A stretch of DNA of 64,000 nucleotides from an uncultured Nitrospiraceae bacterium (GTDB taxonomy: Bacteria > Nitrospirota > Nitrospiria > Nitrospirales > Nitrospiraceae), in contig CAVSTP010000002.1 of the NCBI GenBank assembly GCA_963730935.1, forward strand, positions 800,001 to 864,000. The letters run 5' to 3'. Below the pieces are notes generated by a model, which did not search any database, was not told where the DNA came from, and was given only the letters and a program-made list of their open reading frames with translations. Shown one piece after another: positions 30,769-38,818 of this stretch (its first letter is position 1; each line of letters begins with the position of its first letter). A program made the translations under genes and the position numbers.

Positions 30769-32025
30769 ATGGCCCAAGATCAACCGGTCGCCGCCTTGGT
30801 CGTCGCGCTCACTGGAGAGATGGCTCCAGCCGTGTATTCGATCAATCGGCTCCGTCCGGAAGCCCTCTGTTTCGTCCTGCCAGACTCGGCAAAGGCGCTC
30901 GTGGAAACAGACGTCCAGCCTCGGATCAGCCAAATGCCGCGCCGCTGGGATTGGGTGCTGGTCTCGGATCCGGACCACTTTCCTAGCTGTTACCAGACGG
31001 TCGCGCGGTCACTTCCTGCAATGCTTCGCACCTGGGAAGTCGATCCAGGAGCACTGGTCGTGGATGTGACCGGTGCCACTGCAGCCATGGCCGGCGCCCT
31101 CGTCCTTGCTGCGACGCCGTTCACGTCCCGCATCGTGTCCCTGATCGAGCCCAAGGAGGGACGCGAAGGCGATGCTGTCACGCTCGAAGGCGGGGAACGT
31201 CTCTGGATTTCGATGAATCCGTGGGATGAAGGCGCCGAAAGCGTGAGGCGGCAAGGCTACGAACTTTTCAACCGTGGCGCATTTGTGGCCGCGGCAACCA
31301 TCTTCCGTCAAATTGAAAGCCGCGTGAGCGGTGGGCAGAAGCCGCTCTATCGCGCCTTGGCTGATCTTGCCGAGGGGTATGACCTGTGGGAGCGCTTTCA
31401 CTATCGTCAGGCTTGGGAGAAGCTGAAAGGCGCCGTCAAGGCGATGGAGATGGCGTCATTGTTCGGAGGGCCGCCGGGACTGAAAGCAGGAATTCCGGCG
31501 ATTAAAGCCAATGCCGGTTTCTTGGAAAAACTCGTTCTGGATCCAGCCGACGTCAAGGAACTGCTCCCCTTTGAGTTGCTGGCGCATGCGGGCCGACGGC
31601 TTCGCGTCGCGCATGATACGGAGGCGGCCATGCGGGCGCTGGCGCGGGCGCTGGAAGGCTTTGGCCAATGCCGTCTCTTCAAGCAATACCACATCAAGAC
31701 GTGGGACGTTCAGCCGGACCAACTGCCGCAGGCGCTTCAAGAGACCTGCCGCACCTGTTACCTCCAAGACATCGATGGCAAATACGTGCTGCCTGCGCAG
31801 GCGCAATTCCGTCTGTTGGCCGCACTGGACGATCCGATGGGCCACACGTACCTCAAGGAGTGGCCGATAATGAAGCCGTTGCTCGATGCCGCCAACCATG
31901 CCGTGCTGGGTCATGGGTTTGACACGGTCAAGAGCGAGCGGGTGCAGCAATTATATGACGTGGTCGTCAGACTGACGGGAATTCAAGACGGCTCGTTGCC
32001 AAAATTTCCCGTTCTCACCTTGTAG
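30769..32025 (+). CDS. Orphan TIGR02710-like CARF-HEPN protein with degenerate motifs
   Basis: N-terminal Rossmann-like region with VDVTGATAAMAGAL (cf. D.TGG.K.M), middle segment GYDLWERFHY, C-terminal AANHAVLGHGF (cf. RN.S.LAHG). Confidence 0.72.
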   Translation: MAQDQPVAALVVALTGEMAPAVYSINRLRPEALCFVLPDSAKALVETDVQPRISQMPRRWDWVLVSDPDHFPSCYQTVARSLPAMLRTWEVDPGALVVDVTGATAAMAGALVLAATPFTSRIVSLIEPKEGREGDAVTLEGGERLWISMNPWDEGAESVRRQGYELFNRGAFVAAATIFRQIESRVSGGQKPLYRALADLAEGYDLWERFHYRQAWEKLKGAVKAMEMASLFGGPPGLKAGIPAIKANAGFLEKLVLDPADVKELLPFELLAHAGRRLRVAHDTEAAMRALARALEGFGQCRLFKQYHIKTWDVQPDQLPQALQETCRTCYLQDIDGKYVLPAQAQFRLLAALDDPMGHTYLKEWPIMKPLLDAANHAVLGHGFDTVKSERVQQLYDVVVRLTGIQDGSLPKFPVLTL

Positions 32026-32082
32026 TGCCTGGATCCTTGCAAGCGCTCCCATGCTCTCTCGCCACGCATTGTCATTGGGCTT

Positions 32083-33126
32083 ATGAGCAGGACAAGGTCT
32101 CCCATCATCAGGGGATGCGGGTATGTCCTGATTGCAGGCATCCTATACCTCTCGCTGTTTCCCGGTATCTATGTTGTCAGTTCTCTGTTGCTCACCAAGG
32201 GCATTGCGCTGCGGCCAAGATTGCTGCGAGATTTCCAAATGGATTTCTACAACGATCGTGGGTACAGAAAAATCTGGCAAACGCAGAAAGACTGCATTGA
32301 ACCAGACGATCGATTGATTTACATTCCGCGTCTGGGGAGTTGTCACTTTACGAACGCCGAATTTGACACAATCTTGCACTTTGAAAGCGAAGGCCGTGTC
32401 AGAAACAGCATGCCCAAACAGCGTTCTGAGATCGGCATTGCGGTCTTGGGAGATTCCTATGCCATGGGATGGGGAGTCAACGATCGTGAAACATTCGCCA
32501 ATGTTCTTCAGGAGGAATTGAAAAGGCCTGTCTATAACCTTGCTGTCTCAAGCTATGGAACCGTGAGAGAGCTGTTCCGTTTGGAACGATCAGGGTTGAT
32601 CGACAATGTCGATACGATTCTCGTTCAATATGCGGCAAATGATTTCATGGAGAATGCAGCCCTGGATCAAGAGGACAAGTTCCTTCAGGCCAAGGCTCTG
32701 TTCCAGGAAACGCTCAATAGAGAGCGAAGCTCGAGCGATCACAGCATGCTTGAATCGCTCCGCCGCGCCGTCTCCTTTGCGATTGAAAAGCCCATTCGGA
32801 ATCTCCGAGATCTACTCGTTCCTGCGACGAAGCAAAATCAGTTTGCGCCCCACTACCAATACCTGATGCCGGTCTTGAAACGATTCGGCCCGCTCATAGA
32901 CAGGAAAAGAGTCGTCGTCTTGTCCGTGGACGAACCAGGCTTTGAGGACTTTCCGCGTGGCAAGGACCAGACCATGAGCAACGTAGAATTTGTCGATCTG
33001 AAACTTGACGCCGCAGACTACTACCTCATCGATAGTCACTTGAACGCGGCAGGGCATGCCAAGCTAGGACGCCTGCTGGCAGCCTATTTGTCAGACCCAG
33101 CTCTTGCAGAATCTGGTTCGCCATAA
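32083..33126 (+). CDS. Membrane-anchored SGNH/GDSL hydrolase
   Basis: VLGDSY, NLAVSSYG, ANDF and DSHLN blocks; N-terminal TM. Confidence 0.8.
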   Translation: MSRTRSPIIRGCGYVLIAGILYLSLFPGIYVVSSLLLTKGIALRPRLLRDFQMDFYNDRGYRKIWQTQKDCIEPDDRLIYIPRLGSCHFTNAEFDTILHFESEGRVRNSMPKQRSEIGIAVLGDSYAMGWGVNDRETFANVLQEELKRPVYNLAVSSYGTVRELFRLERSGLIDNVDTILVQYAANDFMENAALDQEDKFLQAKALFQETLNRERSSSDHSMLESLRRAVSFAIEKPIRNLRDLLVPATKQNQFAPHYQYLMPVLKRFGPLIDRKRVVVLSVDEPGFEDFPRGKDQTMSNVEFVDLKLDAADYYLIDSHLNAAGHAKLGRLLAAYLSDPALAESGSP

Positions 33127-33156
33127 CGCTCGCTTCTTTTGATTGGGGCATCGAAC

Positions 33157-33558
33157 GTGGAAGTCAGAATTTATTATGAGGATACGGATTGTGGCGGCGT
33201 GGTGTATTACGCCAACTACCTCAAGTACTTTGAGCGGGCAAGAACACAGTATCTTGAAGATCGGGGGCTCTCCGTTTCGGAATTGATGCAGGCGGGAAGA
33301 GTGTTCGTTGTGGTCCATGCCGAAGTGGAATATCGTGCTCCCGCATACTACGGCGAGACGCTGGACATCGAGACCACCATTCCCGAGATGAGCCCTGCCT
33401 CAATCACCTTTGCCCATGTGGTGCGTGAACGGCGGAGTGGTCGTCTCATCGTCGAAGGCTCAGCGAGGCTTGCGGTGACGGACGGCAACGGCAAGGTCAA
33501 GCGCCTCGACAAGCCGACGGTCGCCGCGATACATTCCGGCACAAAGGGAAGGTCGTAA
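33157..33558 (+). CDS. YbgC/FadM-family acyl-CoA thioesterase
   Basis: RIYYEDTDCGGVVYYANYLKYFERART hot-dog motif. Confidence 0.9.
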   Translation: MEVRIYYEDTDCGGVVYYANYLKYFERARTQYLEDRGLSVSELMQAGRVFVVVHAEVEYRAPAYYGETLDIETTIPEMSPASITFAHVVRERRSGRLIVEGSARLAVTDGNGKVKRLDKPTVAAIHSGTKGRS

Positions 33559-33561
33559 GTC

Positions 33562-33669
33562 ATGGACAAGCTCGGAACCTGGTTGGCCATCATCGGCGTC
33601 GTCATCGGATTTGCCGTGCTGGCCTGGCTGCTCTTTGCGGAAAATCCTCGAGACAAGAAAAAGAAATAA
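33562..33669 (+). CDS. Small single-pass membrane protein (35 aa), absent from the ORF track
   Basis: MDKLGTWLAIIGVVIGFAVLAWLLFAENPRDKKKK*, starting 3 nt after the thioesterase stop. Confidence 0.6.
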   Translation: MDKLGTWLAIIGVVIGFAVLAWLLFAENPRDKKKK

Positions 33670-33690
33670 CCAACTTCATTTCCCGCCGGT

Positions 33691-34023
33691 CTATCGCTCC
33701 ACTCCGTCTTGGTGCTCCTCCAGCTTGCGATGGGGCAATTGGCTCTTGAAGCTCCGCTTCAGGGACTTGGTAATGCCGGGGGCCTTTTTGTTTGGGTGCA
33801 GGTGCGGGTCCCGGAAGCGGCGATGACGTTCAAGATCGCTTCCGCGGCGCCCTTCGAGCGGCCGGCAGAGGTCGCATGCCCCGACTCCAGTCGGATCGTT
33901 CAAGGAAGGAAAGGGCGGGGTCACCGGGAGGGAAGAACACGGAGTACTGGATCGCTGCGCATACGCCGGAAGAAAAGCGAGCGGTATCGTCGCGAGCAGC
34001 AGCATGAGGATGACAAGACGCAC
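33691..34023 (-). CDS. Hypothetical secreted protein
   Basis: GGGAGG SD before GTG; signal peptide ending AYA; CDLC motif; basic tail. Confidence 0.5.
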   Translation of the reverse strand: MRLVILMLLLATIPLAFLPAYAQRSSTPCSSLPVTPPFPSLNDPTGVGACDLCRPLEGRRGSDLERHRRFRDPHLHPNKKAPGITKSLKRSFKSQLPHRKLEEHQDGVER

Positions 34024-34142
34024 GAGAGACCTCCCGTGCTCACCGCTCACGCAGGCTTCGTGCCAGCAGTGTGTGGTCCCAAGTTGACATTCGAGAAAAC
34101 CGCGTGCTGGAATAGCCACTCGGATTCACGGAGGACGTCATC

Positions 34143-34373
34143 ATGGAAATGTTCGGCCGGGTCGGCTTAGTCGAGCTCCCGATTCTGATCGCTCCTGATC
34201 AAAAGGTCTGGATGGACAAGATGATCAAGGAAGGAAAAATTGCGGTGCCTCCAGGCGGAACGCTGGAAAAGGGCTCGCTTTACTCGATGTTTATCCGCAT
34301 GCTCCTGCACAATGCGATGGAAGAGCAGAAGAGGCAGGAAGCCCTGGAAGCAGATGACGAGGACGACGAATAG
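34143..34373 (+). CDS. Small hypothetical protein with acidic tail, possibly ribbon-helix-helix
   Basis: GGAGG SD; upstream TTGACA (34084) and TGnTGGAAT; strand-helix-helix pattern. Confidence 0.65.
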   Translation: MEMFGRVGLVELPILIAPDQKVWMDKMIKEGKIAVPPGGTLEKGSLYSMFIRMLLHNAMEEQKRQEALEADDEDDE

Positions 34374-34375
34374 AA

Positions 34376-34497
34376 CGGTCGATGAAAACAGTTGCCAGCT
34401 TCGTTCTCGCCTCGCTCAGAGGCTCAACGTACCAGACGATGTACGCCTCGCCCCTTCGCTCGCTGCGGCCTTGCTGGACAACTGTTTTGATCGGCCG
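34376..34497. repeat. Palindromic intergenic repeat element (REP/MITE-like), copy 1
   Basis: Terminal inverted repeat cggtcgatgaaaacagttgccagc / gctggacaactgttttgatcggccg; internal cgttctc and ctcaacgtac..gtacgcct motifs shared with 51271-51378. Confidence 0.75.
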
Positions 34498-34555
34498 CAA
34501 ATAGTATCAAGTCAGCCTACTCCCGTATCCGACCTAATACATCCCTTTCTCGAGA

Positions 34556-35839
34556 CTATAAACCCTTGAAGGCGGTACGGGCGGCCTTGATGGTGCGCTC
34601 GATGTCGGTCGGCGTGTGAGCGGTGGAGAGAAATGCCGCTTCGAACTGCGAAGGGGCCAGATAGACACCCTGTTCCAGCATCTGGTGGAAGAACTGACCG
34701 TAGCGTTTCGTGTCCGAACGCTTCGCGCTGTTCCAATCGACGACGGGATCGGATGTAAAGAATGCCGTCAACATTGAGCCGACCCTGTGTTGGATGATCG
34801 GGATGCCCGCCCGTTTTGCTTCCTTTGCGATTCCCTCCGCGACTGCGGCTGAGCGTGCCTCAAGATTTTTGTACAGATGTTTTGCGCGCAATTGCTTGAG
34901 CGTGGCCAAACCTGCCGTCACGGCCAGCGGATTGCCCGACAGCGTTCCGGCTTGATACACCGGCCCTGCCGGAGCGATCAGATCCATAATCTCTGCGCGC
35001 CCGCCGTACGCACCGACCGGCAACCCTCCACCGATAATTTTCCCCAATACGGTCAAATCGGGCGTGATCCCGTAGAGGGCCTGCGCTCCGCCGTAATCGA
35101 CGCGAAAGCCGGAAATGACTTCGTCGAGGATGAGCAGGCTGTCGTTCTCGAGCGTTAATTGTCGAAGGGCGGGGAGAAAATCGTGAGCGGGAGGCACCAC
35201 TCCCATATTGCCGGCGATCGGTTCCACGATAACGCAGGCGATCTGTTTTCCCCGTTCCCGCATGAGCCGTTGAACGGTACGAATGTCGTTGTAGGGAGCG
35301 GTGAAGGTATGTTTGGCAAAGTCGGCCGGCACCCCGAGTGAATCGGGGATCCCGAGTGTCATCATCCCTGATCCAGCTTTCGCAAGCAGGTAGTCGCTGT
35401 GGCCGTGATAGCAGCCTTCGAATTTCAGAATACCGTCCCGTTTGGTAAAACCGCGCGCGACCCTGATTGCGCTCATCACGGCTTCCGTCCCTGAGCTGAC
35501 CAGACGGATCTTTTCCATGGAGGGCACTGCCGCACGGATGGTACGAGCCAATTCGACTTCAAGTTGCGTGGGGGCGCCGTAACTGGTGCCCTGTTCGGCA
35601 GCCTTCTTGATCGCTCCGATCACGGGGGGCGAGGCATGACCGAGAATCATCGGTCCCCAGGAGAGCACGTAATCAATGTAGGTATTTCCATCCAGGTCGT
35701 AGAGTTTCGATCCCTTGGCCCGTTGAATAAACCGGGGGTGACCACCCACGGACCGGAATGCGCGGACCGGACTGTTGACGCCTCCTGGGATGATTTGCTG
35801 CGCTTCCTCGAAGAGCTTGATAGAGCGGGTGATTTTCAT
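34556..35839 (-). CDS. hemL: Glutamate-1-semialdehyde 2,1-aminomutase
   Basis: [43 protein letters not shown] and [10 protein letters not shown] motifs. Confidence 0.97.
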   Translation of the reverse strand: MKITRSIKLFEEAQQIIPGGVNSPVRAFRSVGGHPRFIQRAKGSKLYDLDGNTYIDYVLSWGPMILGHASPPVIGAIKKAAEQGTSYGAPTQLEVELARTIRAAVPSMEKIRLVSSGTEAVMSAIRVARGFTKRDGILKFEGCYHGHSDYLLAKAGSGMMTLGIPDSLGVPADFAKHTFTAPYNDIRTVQRLMRERGKQIACVIVEPIAGNMGVVPPAHDFLPALRQLTLENDSLLILDEVISGFRVDYGGAQALYGITPDLTVLGKIIGGGLPVGAYGGRAEIMDLIAPAGPVYQAGTLSGNPLAVTAGLATLKQLRAKHLYKNLEARSAAVAEGIAKEAKRAGIPIIQHRVGSMLTAFFTSDPVVDWNSAKRSDTKRYGQFFHQMLEQGVYLAPSQFEAAFLSTAHTPTDIERTIKAARTAFKGL

Positions 35840-36104
35840 AACGGCGGGGCACCCTATCATGTGGAAATTGAGGGGTCAAGAAAGAGACTCGGCATCCGAA
35901 TTTGCCGCGAATTGCCTCACGTGGGGTCAAAAAGTGTATAAATGGATACGCTGGTTCTCCGAATTGATACTGAATTGATACAGTTGTGAGGGCTATGAGC
36001 AAAACGAACCTTCGTTTTAGCAGGACTTCATGCGCGGACTCGTGGTCACCGGATGCGGCCTGACACTTGCGTACTGATCAAACCAGGGTTATGACGGCGG
36101 TTAG

Positions 36105-36113
36105 TTATCCACA
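36105..36113 (+). promoter_or_regulatory. Consensus DnaA box TTATCCACA
   Basis: Exact 9-mer located 15 nt upstream of the 36129 ATG. Confidence 0.45.
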
Positions 36114-36128
36114 GTTCGAGGAAAAAGA

Positions 36129-36371
36129 ATGAAGGTCGTATGTTCCTGGTGCCGGAAAGAGGGTAGAGCCGAATTCGTCGGCGAAAAAGCACCGTTAGAC
36201 GATGCGCGGGAAACACACGGGATTTGTGTTCCGCATCGCGATCAGATCCGTCAACACTGGCAGGCCTCGATTCAGGCCAGACGCACTAGGGGCTTTCTTG
36301 GAGCCGCCTCAACGTTTGCGCTATTTCGGTGGCCCGGCCTGCTCAATTTCACCAAGAAAATCCGCTCGTAA
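36129..36371 (+). CDS. Small hypothetical protein with probable Zn site
   Basis: VVCSWC...THGICVPH motif; GAGG SD. Confidence 0.65.
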   Translation: MKVVCSWCRKEGRAEFVGEKAPLDDARETHGICVPHRDQIRQHWQASIQARRTRGFLGAASTFALFRWPGLLNFTKKIRS

Positions 36372-36400
36372 CCAGTGCCTGACCTATTCGCAACTCCATA

Positions 36401-36928
36401 CTAAGGACTGCGTTTGCTGCGCGCTGGTCGGGGAGCCGATGCGGCCGCTTGCGGCAACCCCCAGTGTGTGCGTTTGGATTTGTTGCGCTCGGATACAGCC
36501 ATGACACTATGAAAGGGTCTGGCTCGCTTGACTGCCTGTCCGGATGCCCAGGCCTCACCCGCGTCATTCAGCACTTCCAGAAACGTCGCGAATTCCTCTT
36601 CATCGTCGGGAAGGATCAGCTCTGCGTCCGTGAAGAGCAGAACGTAGCCTTTCGCCGGTAGCCATTCTAAATCCGCCAAACATTCTTCGAGTGCATCCCA
36701 GTTGTGACCGAAGTAGTCCGGAAACCCCAAGGCTTCGGCAAGTTCGGCGAAAAGCCCCGTGACGCTTCGGCACTTTCCGCCGCGCACGACTTTAAAGAGG
36801 AATCCGTCGGGGACCTTGGCCGCCGACTCGGCGCGCTGTCCAGCCTTGAGGAGGAGAAGTACGGTCCACGGAGGCTTGATCGACTGAAGATGAGTCGCGA
36901 GGGACAGTTGTGAGGGGTGAACGCCCAT
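36401..36928 (-). CDS. Barstar-family ribonuclease inhibitor
   Basis: LGFPDYFGHNWDALEECLADLEWLP motif; 6 nt downstream of the RNase gene. Confidence 0.9.
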   Translation of the reverse strand: MGVHPSQLSLATHLQSIKPPWTVLLLLKAGQRAESAAKVPDGFLFKVVRGGKCRSVTGLFAELAEALGFPDYFGHNWDALEECLADLEWLPAKGYVLLFTDAELILPDDEEEFATFLEVLNDAGEAWASGQAVKRARPFHSVMAVSERNKSKRTHWGLPQAAASAPRPARSKRSP

Positions 36929-36934
36929 GGCAGT

Positions 36935-37363
36935 TCAATTCAACGGAAAGAACGTGCGGTAATGGTCATCCGTGTAATAGGCCTTGCCGGTGTCTTGCTC
37001 GATGACAACCCGCTCCGCATCGCGCGAGCGGCCGGGAACTTTTCGGTTGACGTCGTATTCCTTATAGCGGCCGCGCGGCAGCCGGCGTTCCCGATTCTGA
37101 AAGACCTTACCGCCGACGTACCCGGGCAGCGGTTCTCCGTTCCGCCGCTGGAGCGTCTCCAGCAGTGCATAGGCCTTTGCCGGCGCCGTGCGTTCGATCG
37201 CCGTCCGCGGCCCGGAGATCTGCCGTTCCGGCAGTGCCGGCACGGAAGCCTCGGGCTCTCCGGCCAGCAACTCGACGGCGTGCGCCCGACTCTCAGAAGG
37301 ACAGGCAGACGATGCGACAGCCCAGAGGATGCAGCACGTCGTAAGAGCGAGTAGCCAGTTCAT
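36935..37363 (-). CDS. Secreted guanyl-specific (barnase/RNase Sa-like) ribonuclease
   Basis: GGKVFQNRERRLP, YKEYDV, RDAERVV and YYTDDHYRTF motifs; hydrophobic signal peptide. Start approximate. Confidence 0.88.
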   Translation of the reverse strand: MNWLLALTTCCILWAVASSACPSESRAHAVELLAGEPEASVPALPERQISGPRTAIERTAPAKAYALLETLQRRNGEPLPGYVGGKVFQNRERRLPRGRYKEYDVNRKVPGRSRDAERVVIEQDTGKAYYTDDHYRTFFPLN

Positions 37364-37573
37364 CACACGACATGACATGTCCATCCACATCGCCGGCTCG
37401 TCTACGGCGGCAGAGCGGCGAAAACCGTAGCATGCAATCTCAGAACAGGTCAACGCCGCGCGACGACCCCCATGGTGCGACATGCTTTCGTGGAACGCCT
37501 TTGGTAGAATGAGTTGCCGTGTCACGATGGTTTTTCCCCCACGCTCTGTGAAGAACCGTCTCAACCCCGATCG

Positions 37574-38161
37574 ATGAGCATCATGCCGTCGCGCAGGTCC
37601 ATGATCGTCGCTGTTTCGCCGGTCCTCGCGACCATGACCCTGCTGGCGCTGTTGGTGGGCATCGAGGGAGACGCCGCGTGGGCCCAAACGGGCGGCCCCG
37701 GCCACTCTCCGGCTGAGATAGTGAAGAAGTATTTTGAGCTCGATCAAAAGGGCGCTAAGCTCGATTCGATGTCCTTTGAGGCGCTGGCGCCCTATCGGGG
37801 CTGGGACACCGAGCCGATATGGGGGAAGGTCATCGTCATTCGGAAATTTTCGGTCGCCGAGCACTACCGGGACTGGGAAGTGATCAATCGGTTGGAAGTG
37901 GTGATCCCCGTCACGTTCCAGGTGATCGGGTCCGTGTATCTGGAAACCGCAGGGTTTTTCCCTGAGACCTCCGTCGAAGAGATCCGTGTCCGCGTCAAGT
38001 CGATCAATAATCGGTGGCGCATCATCGAACCCATGTTACCTCCGCATGTCGGCCAGAAGCGCATGATTAACTTCGTGAAGGAAGCCTGGGTGAAGGAAAC
38101 CGAGCCGGCCAAGAGGGAGAGCCTGGCGACGCTACAAAGCGAGTTGCGGACGGCCAAATAG
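37574..38161 (+). CDS. Hypothetical exported protein
   Basis: Signal-peptide-like N-terminus ending AAWA; first gene of a + strand run. Start uncertain. Confidence 0.7.
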   Translation: MSIMPSRRSMIVAVSPVLATMTLLALLVGIEGDAAWAQTGGPGHSPAEIVKKYFELDQKGAKLDSMSFEALAPYRGWDTEPIWGKVIVIRKFSVAEHYRDWEVINRLEVVIPVTFQVIGSVYLETAGFFPETSVEEIRVRVKSINNRWRIIEPMLPPHVGQKRMINFVKEAWVKETEPAKRESLATLQSELRTAK

Positions 38162-38170
38162 AGGGGCGGA

Positions 38171-38818
38171 ATGGGAATGACGCAGATCGACTTGTTGATT
38201 TTCGATTTGGACGGCACATTGATCGAATCGAAATGGGATATCGCCGCCTCGGTCAATCTTGCGCTGGAAGAGCTGGGGTTGCCGCAGCGGTCGGTAGAGG
38301 AAATCTTCGGGTTTGTCGGTGATGGGGTTAAGAAGCTGCTTCGGCAGGCGGTCGGAGAACACAACCGGGTGAGTTTCGAGGAGGCGCTCAGCGTCTTTCG
38401 CCGGAACTACCTTGCCCACTGTCTGGATCGGACCGTCTTCTATCCGGGCGTGGAAAAAACGCTCGGCCATTTTGCGGACAAGCGGAAAGCCGTTGCCACG
38501 AACAAGTCGATTGAATATACGAACGTCATTCTCCAAGGACTGGGCCCTCAGCACTTTGAGGTCGTCGTCGGCGGTGACGATGGCTTCGGCTTGAAGCCCG
38601 AACCCGGCATGTTGCTGCACATCATGGAACGTCTGAACGTCTCGAAGGACCGGACGGTGTTGGTCGGTGACAGCACCAATGATATCAACGGCGGCCACAA
38701 CGCCGGCATTCGGGTGTGCGCCGTCGGTTACGGCATGGGCAATCGGGAAAAAATGGCTGCGTGCCAGCCGGATTGGTTTATTGAACGACCGGAAGAATTG
38801 ATGGAGATTTTTGAATGA
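38171..38818 (+). CDS. gph: HAD-IA phosphatase, phosphoglycolate phosphatase-like
   Basis: FDLDGTL, ATNK, LKPEP and VGDSTND motifs. Confidence 0.85.
   Translation: MGMTQIDLLIFDLDGTLIESKWDIAASVNLALEELGLPQRSVEEIFGFVGDGVKKLLRQAVGEHNRVSFEEALSVFRRNYLAHCLDRTVFYPGVEKTLGHFADKRKAVATNKSIEYTNVILQGLGPQHFEVVVGGDDGFGLKPEPGMLLHIMERLNVSKDRTVLVGDSTNDINGGHNAGIRVCAVGYGMGNREKMAACQPDWFIERPEELMEIFE

Noticed and set aside
30614..32100. Possible CRISPR array or cas operon around the CARF-like gene
   Set aside because: No repeat-spacer periodicity and no cas genes seen anywhere in the window.
35930..36128. Replication origin
   Set aside because: Only one perfect DnaA box, no clear unwinding element, and no dnaA/dnaN/gidA context.
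37364..37864. N-terminal extension of the 309-aa RNase ORF
   Set aside because: Overlaps the + strand gene; the signal peptide begins near 37363-37390.
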